Under the pieces are notes generated by a model. The model saw nothing but the letters and a program-made list of their open reading frames with translations. It did not search any database and had not been told where the DNA came from. Position numbers and translations under genes: made by a program. This document shows positions 1 through 9,848 of a DNA stretch of 63,927 nt, piece after piece (position 1 is the first letter of the stretch; the number at the start of each line of letters is the position of its first letter). The DNA comes from Macrostomum lignano (lineage: Eukaryota), in the NCBI GenBank assembly GCA_002269645.1, contig NIVC01002424.1, forward strand, positions 1 to 63,927, given 5' to 3'.

Positions 1-11
1 TATGATGGGTT

Positions 12-438
12 TGGAATCGCGTGTGCCTCGCGGTTTAGGCTACTGGTTTCTATTGCTAAGGACTTTTACTAGTGGATTTACTTCCTACTGGTTGAGACTT
101 TTGGTAGTTCGCTGCCACCAGGTTCCTGCTGTTCCCTAATTCTAGCTTTAGTTTTAAAGAACTGAGTCAGGACACAGATAATAGTTAGTTTAACACAAAA
201 AGTTTAATAAAGAAGTAATTTACCGGTACAAAAGTTAGTTTGCTTTTACATTAACTCCCTATTTCCTTATATCCCGCTATAGTGCTTTGGGCAAGACTCC
301 CAGTTATAGATTTAGAGGCCAAGACTCCTCTGTGCAAGCCTAAATTATATTTCTTTTATTTCCCCTTCTTACCACTTCCTTGTGACTTTTGCAAGTTCGA
401 GGACAGGAGAAGACACTCCCACATTTTGCTTTCCCAAG
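12..438 (-). repeat. 3' LTR (LTR-A), downstream part (R/U5-like)
   Basis: Homologous by eye to 16015-16356: shared CGCTGCCACCAGG, GAGTCAGGA, GGGCAAGACTCCC...AGAGGC(C)AAGACTCCTCT, and AATAAA on minus at 355-360. Ends in CA on minus at 12. Confidence 0.75.
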
Positions 439-595
439 ATTTTCATTTTCATTTTATAAGTTCGAGCGCTTCAGCCCCTATCCGCGGGCTCTTACGCTAC
501 TAGTATGTATTTTTTCTTTTCGAGTTAGTTGTTACAGGCATTGTAAAAGTTTTCCGAGATTAGATGTGTAATGAGAAGTACAGTATTAAACAATG

Positions 596-657
596 AAAAC
601 AAATATTGTGCGAATTAAAACAAATATTGTGCAAATTAAAACAAATATCGGTGCATT
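596..657. repeat. 21-bp tandem repeat, about 3 copies, in LINE1 3' UTR
   Basis: AAAACAAATATTGTGC(G/A)AATT at 596 and 617, with a degenerate third copy at 638. Confidence 0.8.
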
Positions 658-1289
658 AAGGTCAAATATTGGGATATGATAAATAAATATTGCGAGTTTA
701 ATAAAACATTTAATCAATGCAAGCAACATGTAAATATAGTTAAAGAACTAAACAAAAATAAAATAATAATAAAAATCACAAAGGTTCTAAAAGCAAATTG
801 TAAGCTGGCGTCAATTAAGGCAAGTCTGTCTGGACTTGTCTTTTTGACTTCAGGCAATTTTTTGTTAAATAACTCAAAAAAGAAACCCATATTCGAAAGA
901 TATACTACCGTTACGAAAACGAAGTTTTCATAGCGCGGAGTACCAATTTTGGAAACTATAAAATACCGATCCTGATCCTACAGGAGCAAGCACAGCTTAC
1001 TCAGCCTAAGTTAAGGGCCTTATGGTCCATCTGGTTTGGGGTTTCAGGTTGAAAACGTCCCCCGGCCTGAGTGAGCTGCAGTGCAGACTAAATGATCAAA
1101 ACTGAGTGCCGGATTAAGCAGCCTTGTGTCCCTAAGGGAATAAGCTCGGGCCGCCGCTTCCGTCATACGGCAAAACTTTTTTGGGGCAAACTGTCCAAAC
1201 AGACTTGAAAAGAAATTAAGAATAGATTTTTTTACGTTTTAACAGCATTATTTCAACCGTGAGAGGTCTCACCCAGGAACGGCTCGAGG

Positions 1290-4141
1290 TGAGTTTAAAT
1301 TTTATTGATTAATGGCTTTCCTAAATTTAGTCGTGACTCTTTAAACCCTGGTCTGCTCCAAACTTTTTTATCAGAGTGAAAAGTCGTGCACTCCTGTAAG
1401 CAGAACCTTTTTGTACCACCTAAGGCCTAGGTTCCACATCCTCTCCCTAATCCTAGGCATCTTGGTGGTTTCATTAGGTAGCTAATTTTGGTGTATTTAG
1501 GAGCACCAAGCACCATTCTCAGTGCCTGATTCTGAAGCCGCTGAAGTTTCTGCATGAGGGCATCGGAGGCGTTGACCAGAATCGGAGCACCATAGGTCAT
1601 GCTGCTCTCAATATAAGACCTGTAGAGAAGTCGGAGCGCAAGTTGGGAGATTCTCGTGTTGCGAGCAATTCTTCTTAAATCTTCGAGTTAGGCGATGGAG
1701 ATGCCAACGGCCTTTGAGATGTGATGACTATAGTTGAGATCCTTGTCAAGAGTGATGCCAAGGAAAGTAACCGAATCATGAAAAGGAATCAAATCCTGAC
1801 CAAGTTTAAGCGGAGGTTTGGCGGGGCCAGTGGAGAAATTACTCTTGTACCTGAAGAAGGCCATCGCCTTGCTTTTGGTATTAATGGAAATGCAATGTCG
1901 TCAAGCCATTTTTTAAGAACAACGAGGTAGCTGTTTAACTTCTTGGCCGCAATCGCAGACGTTCTGGCGCTAGCCCAGACGGCCAGGTCGTCTGCAAACT
2001 GGCTTTTCTTAACCTTGATATCACACGATATGGGAATCGTACTGACATATATGATGAAGAGCAGCGGTGAGAGGACACCACCCTGAGGAACTCCTGCAGC
2101 GGGCTTGAACCCTTTGCTGATCGCCCCCCCAGCCTGGATGGAGATTTCCCTATCTTCTAGGTAGCTGGACAACGTCCTGATCATGTTGTGTGGCAGGTCA
2201 CTCTCCAGGAGACGATACCTGAGGTAGCTGTGCCAGACACCGTCGAAGGCACCTTTGACGTCAAAGAAGACTCCTAGTGACACATGTCTCCATTGCTTCA
2301 TTTTTAGTATATCGTCTGTGAGTCGCACAATGTTGTCAAACGTACAGTGATCTTGTCTGTACGCACATTGGTCTTCATTTATAATACCCTTGTTTTCTAA
2401 GATAATTCTAAGATTCCTAGCAATAATCTTTTCATAAAGTTTACCCAAGCAGGAGGTTAAGCTGATTGGTCTGTAGTTGTTGATTTCGTGCCTTGATTTC
2501 TTAGGTTTAGGAATCATTTTGATGGTTGCCCGCTTCCAGGCCTTGGGAAAATAGCCCAGAAGAAAGCTTGAATTGAAAATTTTTGCGATGAATCTAACAG
2601 AGTCCGGACTAAGCCCCCGTTTGAGGACAATATTTGGGATCTGGTCAGGGCCAGGGGCTCCTCCAGATCTCAGATTTCTAGTTTCCATGAGGACATCAAT
2701 ATCTAGGATGTTGAGGATGTCAGATTCTATATCTTCCTTGTCAAGATCTTCAAGGTCAGCCCTATCTCTGTGGTAGGTCAGAGCTCTGACCGTGCAGTCA
2801 TGGGGCCGGAAATTCTCATGATTTTCCTTTGAAATGACCTTTTTGTAGAGAAAGGAATTGGTGTCCGGGTGAGGCTGCATTTGGTCCTCGAGGAAGTTTT
2901 GAAACAAATTTGCAGTTTCTTGCTCAGTTTCAGCAGTCACCCCTTTGTAGCTAATGGTAGGGAAAGAGACTGGTTTAATGGATTGTCCGGTCATTTTCTT
3001 GATGTCAATCCAAAATTGACGCGGTTCTTTCCTATAGCTAGTTTTAGCAATTTTCTGACATAAATTCTCAAATTTTCTATACCTATGCATTCTAATAGCA
3101 TTTCTAATTTCTTTAGCAGCTTGATTTGCCTGTACTCTAAAAGCGTCAATTCTGGTTTTTTAAAAAGTTTTCGAAGCTTTCTTCTGTTCTTGATTTTTTC
3201 TTCGATGTCTGGAGGTAGTTGTTCCCTCGGTCTCTATCTGGGACCACCTCTTCAATTGTTTCATGTATTTTTTCCGTAAGCTTGTCAACCGCGTTGTCTA
3301 GATCCTTGGGTGTAGAGATTCGGGAACAAATCATGCTACAGTTTTCTAGCTTATCTTGAAGAGTATACTTAAATGTCTCCCAATCAGTATGCCAAAAACT
3401 CTTAGGAGGCCTGGGTTTAACTTTGGAACTGGGGTCAATATAGACCCTAATGATAATAGGTAGGTGGTCACTGTCGAGGTCGTCGCCCACAAGGACATAA
3501 CTGACAGAGTTAATAAAGTCAGGAGAACAAATTCCTAGATCTAGGACATTACCAATCGTGTTGCCCCCTCTATTATAAATCCTGGTGCATTCACCAAAGG
3601 AATTAAGGATAAAAGGGGGTTCGGGTGATTGTCGAGCCATTCATACAGCTGTTTGCCCGGTAGTTATCTACACTATCTCCACCTAGCATAGCGTGTCTAC
3701 AGTTGAGATCACCAATAATTAAGGATCTGGGTTGAGAGAGCAGCTGCTCAAGCAAAGCAATGCTGATGTTGTCAGGGTTGGGGGCTCTGTAGAGAAGGAG
3801 ATCTTAAAGGTGCTACATGGATTATTATTGGGAGTGACATCGAGGCTGACAAGCTCATGGTGAGAATTGTCATAATATTTATAAGCATTTGAGATTTTTA
3901 GAGTATTTTTGTAGACGATAGCCAGTCCCCTTCTACAGTCAGGAGTGTCATACCTGATAATGGCATATCCTTGAACGTAAAACTTGTTATAGTTTTTAAG
4001 ATCAGTTTCTGAGAATAGACCAATGTCAATATCATCACTGTGCAACCACATGATAATCTCATGCATTTTATTGCTTAGTTTGTTACAGTTCAGGTGTCCT
4101 ATATTAAGAGCACTATTGGGAGATTTGTTATCGAAAGCCAT
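1290..4141 (-). pseudogene. LINE1 ORF2: APE endonuclease + reverse transcriptase, frameshifted
   Basis: APE motifs IGHLNC, FSET, VLDL, SDHLPI. RT motifs APGPDQI, YRPISLTSCLGKLYEK, FFDVKGAFD, GVPQGGVLSPLLF, QFADD. Split into ORFs 3719-4141, 3146-3640, 1789-3090 and a tail. No RNase H seen. Confidence 0.92.
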
Positions 4142-4162
4142 AACGTAGTAATAAATTTTACT

Positions 4163-5918
4163 TCAGGGCTCAGATCTGCCTCCGCTCACCGAAGTGGCTT
4201 TGGCTTCACCTGCCCTGACAGCGGGCACTCTTCCCGGATTCATGAAGGTCGTCAGGACCTCCGTCACTACCCGAATAGCAAGCTGGCTTGCTTCCCAGGC
4301 AGTGAGCAGACGTCCCGGCTCGATATCCATGATCCGGTTGAGTGCCCCGAGAACTACCTCGAGCACGTCCCCCTGAGTGAAGCCCCTCTCACCGTTTCCA
4401 GCAGAAGTGGCGGCATTATCAGAGTTAGTTGGATCAGCCTTGCTTGGATTGATCGTGGAAGCTGAGGTATCAAGCGGCGCTGTTGGTTGGGCGGCAGCGG
4501 CAGCAGCAGCAGCAGTTGGCAATGCTGATTGGACAGAAGCGGCAGCAACAGCTGTAGGCGGCACTGCTGATTGGACGGCGGCAGTGGCGGCAGCGGCTTT
4601 GGACGCTTTGTTCTCATACGCGATTGGTCCTAGAGTTGGCGCCTTATTGACAGCCTCCGCATATGATGTGGGGCCAGGCATGCCAAAAGTCTGTCTCAAC
4701 TAATGTCTGGGTATGTTCTACTTTTCTAGACTGTTCTAGTTTTAATTTTAGAGTTTGAACCCTGTGGTGCTCTCTCTCAGTTGCCCTCTCATTAGCGTGC
4801 TGTACCGCTGGGCATTTGTAGGAGAAGGCCGGGTGTTCACCTCCACAATTCGCACACTTGAAACCCGTGTCCTTCGGGCAGTCACCGGAATAGTGCGCCC
4901 CGGCACATTTGTTGCAAACGAAGCCGGCGTTGCACCTGCTTTCAGTGTGCCCGAGGCCTTGGCACCTTTGGCACTGGATCTCCTTAACCGGTGGAAGATT
5001 GTGCGATTCTTCGCACCGGAATTTTAGCGCCCCCAGCCTAATGCCGTTCTCCAGGCAGGTGTCATACGTAGCCCTAGATTTCGTGAACATTCTAATTAGC
5101 TGTGTCGGTTGGCCTGAGGCCTTAGAAATAATGCGTGCCGCACCATCAAATTGTAGATGTGCTTGGTTCTCGTCTAGGTATTGAAGCAGTTCCTCAGCTT
5201 CCACGGCTAGAGGAACGCCTTTGACGATGAAGGAACGGACCTGCGGCGACTTGAGAGGCTTTCGCAGCCGATCATCACCTTGGTGCAGTGGCCTATTCGA
5301 CGGCAGGCGCCTAGTGACAGAGTGCCCGTTTATTTCAGTGACTTTTAATGTAGATGTTAGTAAGCTGTTCATGTCGCTTGGTGAGTTAGTGAATACATAG
5401 TATCCAGAGCTATGGTACAGCTCTTTTACCGACACGATGCGAGTGTTCGGAAAGTTGGCTTTTAAAAAACTTTCAAATTTAATTGGATTTTTGGCCTCAA
5501 CAGGCATTTCAAATACTACAGGCGAGATTTTGGTTAATTGTTAATGGTTAATAATGGTTAATAATTAATAATGGTTAATTAACCAAATGGTTAATTTGGT
5601 TAAGTATCTAATTTTGCAGTTGCTAAGTGGATAGCTAGTTTTGTTATCAGTGAGATCTGGACTTGGTAGACTAAATTGCATTCTTGTCGTTTTCCCTGTG
5701 TCTGCTAATTCACTACTCATTACAGGCTGTTTTCACCGACGTTGACCACCTGAGGTTCTTCGGTCACTGTTTGCACACAAGTCGTCGCATTACTGGAGGC
5801 CACAGGTCAGGACCTTTGGTCTGGACCGGAAGAAGACCGGTTGTTAGCCTTTTTGTTGCAGACCGGAGGTGAATCGGTGTCCCTTGACGCGCTTCTTTTG
5901 CTGTTGGCTTCTACTTCC
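4163..5918 (-). pseudogene. LINE1 ORF1: gag-like nucleic-acid-binding protein with three CCHC knuckles
   Basis: Starts MEVEANSKRS at 5918 (decayed N-terminus). Knuckles CQRCQGLGHTESRC, CNKCAGAHYSGDC, CANCGGEHPAFSYKC. Frameshift near 4690 into an Ala-rich tail. Confidence 0.85.
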
Positions 5919-6353
5919 ATTGAAATTAATTGCTATTACTAAAAGATTACAAAAAAAGCCTTGAAACAGTAGGCTATTAAAACTATTATTTTAAAACTAA
6001 TAAAACTGAATTAATAGTATAAAGCAAATAGGCCTACTAATAGTAGTGGATAGCTACCAAAATACAAGAAAAGACCCTAAGTGATTACTACACACTAAAT
6101 TCTATAACTCGGGGGAGCCTGGCGCTGAGCTGCAGACCTGCGCGAGGTGCCTGGCGCCGCCGCCGCCGCCGCCCAGCCGCGCCGCCGACGCCGCAGCCGC
6201 CGCAGACAAGCAGGAACCGCCGCCGCACCCAGCCGAGCCGAAGCCAGACCGCCGAGTCGCAGACGAAGACGCTCGCTGAAGCCGCCGAAGTCGCGCCGAA
6301 GTCGCCGCAGAGAGCCGACGCAGAAGCCGATGCCAACGCCAGGTAAGTCGCCA

Positions 6354-6524
6354 TCCCACATTTTGCTTTCCAAAGAGCCCGACTGCTCTGTAGTTCTAAA
6401 GGAACCCCAATTTTAGCTACTTACCCCTGCTCTAATTATTTCCCCGGGTTGAAACTACTGATAGTAGGCAAAAAGCATATTTGAACCCGCATTAATTCCC
6501 GTTCCTAAAAACTGCCCTATTACA
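6354..6524 (-). repeat. 3' LTR (LTR-A), upstream U3-like part
   Basis: Starts TGTAATAGGGCA directly after the PPT. About 85% identical by eye to 23156-23305. Confidence 0.8.
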
Positions 6525-6535
6525 CCTCCCCCTCG
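6525..6535 (-). promoter_or_regulatory. Polypurine tract of the Gypsy element
   Basis: GAGGGGGAGG immediately 5' of TGTAAT on the minus strand. Confidence 0.8.
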
Positions 6536-7046
6536 CTAAACAAATGTGCAAAACCCCTTTTGTACATTGATATTATATATATTTAACGAAATTTAATAAG
6601 TAATATTGCTTTATCAGCGATATAAGCTACTGTAATAAGAATACACGTATATCAAGTGGGAAGTTACTGGTATGCCGAGTCGTAAAAGTAATGGGATTAA
6701 AAGTTGAAATATGCGGTTGATTAATGGCATGCAGAACTGTATTATTACGACCTGGATTAAATGTTGAACATGTTAATTATGATATGCACCGTTAACATGA
6801 ACAATTGCACTATTAAATGGCTGAATATGATAAATTGAGTTTATAGCAAATTGAACTAAAAGGACAAAAAATGATTGGCAAGTGTATACAACAAAGAAAA
6901 GAAAAGAAAATGCAGTGCAAAAAGCGGTAAAATAATTTGGCAAGTTTACTCCGATTCTACTCCAAAAGATGGTAAAATAAAAGATGTCATCGATTATGTG
7001 TAATTGAGCTTAAAGAGTCATTAGTTGGCTAAGTTCTCTATCTTAC

Positions 7047-7763
7047 CTAATTGATTGGCCGGAGATTTTGGGTGTTTTGAGTAGATAGATACAGTAATCC
7101 GTTTATCAGGATCATCTGGTGAGTAGGGTCGAATTGTCTAGCGAAAAACTCCAGCTGCTTAGTAGTCGCTCTCATATTGGTCGGTCCCCGCGCTCTCCCT
7201 TCGGCGTACTGTAAACAGTATGAGCAGGCAATCTCGAAGCATCGGACTGCTTCCTCTGGGGTCGCCGTGGCCAAGAACTGGACGCACGCGTCCGGTAGCT
7301 GCGCCTCGAATCGTCCTGTTTTCCCTGTAGCCAGGATAGCCCGTTTCAAGGCGCGATGGCATTCGCGGAATTTCCGCGCCTGCGTTCCGGGACTATCCGG
7401 CCGTTCGGCGTTGGTCTCTTCAGGAGCCGGCGTATCACCCAGATCTGCCCTGAGCAATGTAGCGTAATCGATGAGCGTAGACTCAGGCTGGCCTTGCCCT
7501 GCCTGGCATTGCTCGGATGGACACTGCTCCGGCTGGTGATTTGGTTCTTCCGCGGCCGCCTCTTCCTGCTCATCAATGGGTTCCACCCCTTCTTCCTGTT
7601 GCCGTATTTCTTCCATGAATTGCGCCATCTCGTCCCTAAATTCTTCCTCCTTCCGTCTAGTCGCCCTTTCCAGTTCTTCCAATTCTACGTTCACGATTAA
7701 CTTTCCTTCGCTCTTGTCCGGCTGCTCTAATTTCCGCCTCTTGCATTCGCCTTGTTCTGCCAA
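7047..7763 (-). CDS. Accessory ORF between integrase and PPT, unknown product (238+ aa)
   Basis: Uninterrupted sense-strand ORF with an acidic coiled-coil-like N-half and a Cys-containing C-half. The frame stays open upstream to the pol stop, with no ATG in that stretch. Confidence 0.55.
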   Translation of the reverse strand: MAEQGECKRRKLEQPDKSEGKLIVNVELEELERATRRKEEEFRDEMAQFMEEIRQQEEGVEPIDEQEEAAAEEPNHQPEQCPSEQCQAGQGQPESTLIDYATLLRADLGDTPAPEETNAERPDSPGTQARKFRECHRALKRAILATGKTGRFEAQLPDACVQFLATATPEEAVRCFEIACSYCLQYAEGRARGPTNMRATTKQLEFFARQFDPTHQMILINGLLYLSTQNTQNLRPIN

Positions 7764-7863
7764 TTGTATGGCCCTAATCCTTGGGGGCTCATTTTCTGCC
7801 TGTCTTCTTCGTTGGCCATAAATCGTTTTTCCGGATAAACGCGGATTGGGGTATCGGCCATAG

Positions 7864-9655
7864 CTATTGAGAATTGGGCTGCAAGAGGTTAAATGGGTTA
7901 AACAACTTCGCTATCCTCTGCACATAACTTTTCTGATTTGGCCTGACTGTTAATCTATCTGGAGCATGACGCTCTCTCGCTGGCCCAGTTTCTAAAATAA
8001 TCCCTAGATTATTATTGTTATTTAATTGTACTGGCATAACTCCTTGTACACCTACTAAATTATTTTGAATATTATTTTGATGCTGCACTTGTTGATTTAG
8101 CACTAACTGCACATTATTTTGATTTTGCACTGGCATAAACTGCTCATTATTTTGATGTTGCACTGGCATAAACTGCTCATTATTTTGATGGTGCACTGGC
8201 ATAAACTGCTCATTATTTTGATGTTGGACTGGCATAAACTGCACTGCGTCTTCGTACTCGTCTTCAATTTCTGAGTCATTGTACACATTCGGCTGACTAT
8301 TGGCTATCTGTTCCTTATTGTACTGCTTCTTATGTTCTTTTGGCTTAGTACTAGCTTCTTCTTCCTGATAATCTGCTTGCGGTACTTTCATTAAATTGTC
8401 TCTATGCATAATAAGTTCTTCCTTCCTTGCCTTCTTATTTTGTGTAACTGGCCTAATCCTAAAGACTACTTCTGATAATTGTTCTACAATTTCGTAAACT
8501 GCCCTTTGTTTTTGTGAAATTTGTTAGCCTCTGTGTTAGCAATTACTGGATTATTGATAAATACTAAGCTTCCTACAGGCAATATTTTCGGCTTAGGCTT
8601 ATTATAGTACTCCTGCTCACGGTTTTGCTGCACTAATTTTAATCTCTTTCTTGCTAGTTCTTGGCCTTCCTGCAGATTCTGCTGGTGTTCCTGGACATAA
8701 GATGGCAAATCCTGAAACTGTTTCGGCTCGTTCAGCTCATTGTCACAGGGCATTCTAGCCTCTCGTCCAAAGACTAAATAGTGCGGACTAAATCCTGTGG
8801 CAGTGTGCGTGCTGGTTCTCAGAGCTGTTATGCAACCTGGCAACAGAACGTCCCTGTTGGAATGCTCCTTCTCCAGTAAACAGGTGAGAATTGATTTAAT
8901 CTGCTTATTAAGGTTTTCTACTAAGCCATTGCTCTGCGGATGATAACTAGTGGTTCGAGTGTGTCTAATGCCATAGAGGTCTAAAAATTTCTTAAAGGCC
9001 CTACCAGTGAACTGTGTTCCCTGGTCTGTGTGAATCCATTGTGGAATCCCAAAATCAGCGAAAACTCGTTCTTGTAGAATTTTTATAACTGTTTTAGCCT
9101 TCTGATTCCTAATTGCGAATGCGAATGGAAATTTGCTAGTGCTGTCTATGACTGAAAGTACATATTTGTTTCCTGATTTGCTAGTTTGGCCAATAGGTTC
9201 ATCAGATCTATGTGTAATCTACCGAACGGTTCGACTACAGGATAGTTCTGAATCGGTGCCCTAATTCTTCGTCTAGTCTTACTTTCTAGGCATGATTTAC
9301 ATTTGGCTACGTAGCGTTCAACTGCTGTTGCTAATCCTGGCCTCCAAAATTGAATTTTAATTCTCTGATAAGTTTTATCTCGACCTAGGTGTCCCGCTAA
9401 CGGTGAATCATGGAATTGGTGAAAGACTTCACTATCCAGAGACTTGGGCAACACTACCTTTGGATCAGTCTGCCCCATAGATAAGTCTACCTTGAGTACA
9501 CCGTCCTCAATTCTGAGCAACTCGTAGTAACCTATGAGGTTCCTACAGTCGTGGGTTAACTCTAGTCGTTCTTGAAATGTCGGTTTAGGCGAGTCATTCT
9601 CAATTAAATTTCTAACAAAGCCTACCGCCGGATCGGCTAACTGTGCTGCGATCAA
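7864..9655 (-). pseudogene. Gypsy integrase with long Q/N-rich tail
   Basis: HDSPLAGH...CKSC zinc finger, [41 protein letters not shown]. Frameshifts near 9200 and 8490. Confidence 0.9.
8105..8240 (-). repeat. 33-bp coding repeat, about 4 copies (QFMPVQHQNNE), in integrase tail
   Basis: Repeated TGCACTGGCATAAACTGCTCATTATTTTGA units on plus. Confidence 0.8.
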
Positions 9656-9848
9656 TTGGTCACGGCGAACTGTGCTACGGAGATAGTCACTGAGCAGGGC
9701 ATTGGATGCAGGCGGATTTCCGGTTTTAGGCTCCTGTCCCTGTCTATTGTCTAGCCTACTGCTACTAAAGATCGGAGTATTGTGTCGGTTCGTGACAGTG
9801 TCTTGTGACGAACAGCATGACGGAACTCCACTGCTCGAGCTACAGGTT

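Larger units (their letters stand above)
439..6353 (-). mobile_element. Full-length Jockey/I-group LINE (LINE1) inserted in LTR-A
   Basis: GC-rich 5' UTR, ORF1 with three CCHC knuckles, APE-RT ORF2, about 850-nt 3' UTR and a (TGAAAA)n tail. 22-bp TSD TCCCACATTTTGCTTTCC(C/A)AAG at 417-438 and 6354-6375 (one mismatch). Confidence 0.9.

Noticed and set aside
110-120. CGCTGCCACCA as the PBS of another Gypsy running off the left edge
   Set aside because: Homology with LTR-B continues to position 12, so the motif is inside the LTR; the bases beyond are not a PBS.
5519-5722. Possible GT..AG intron in the LINE1 ORF1 N-terminus
   Set aside because: Splicing gives an immediate stop, and the AG lies in the PVVF codons conserved with LINE2; this is decayed Asn-rich coding sequence.
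6338-6348. ACTTACCTGGC (minus) matches the U1 snRNA 5' end; CAG/GTAAGT donor on plus
   Set aside because: Only 11 nt with no further U1 sequence; insufficient for a U1-LINE chimera or a real exon.
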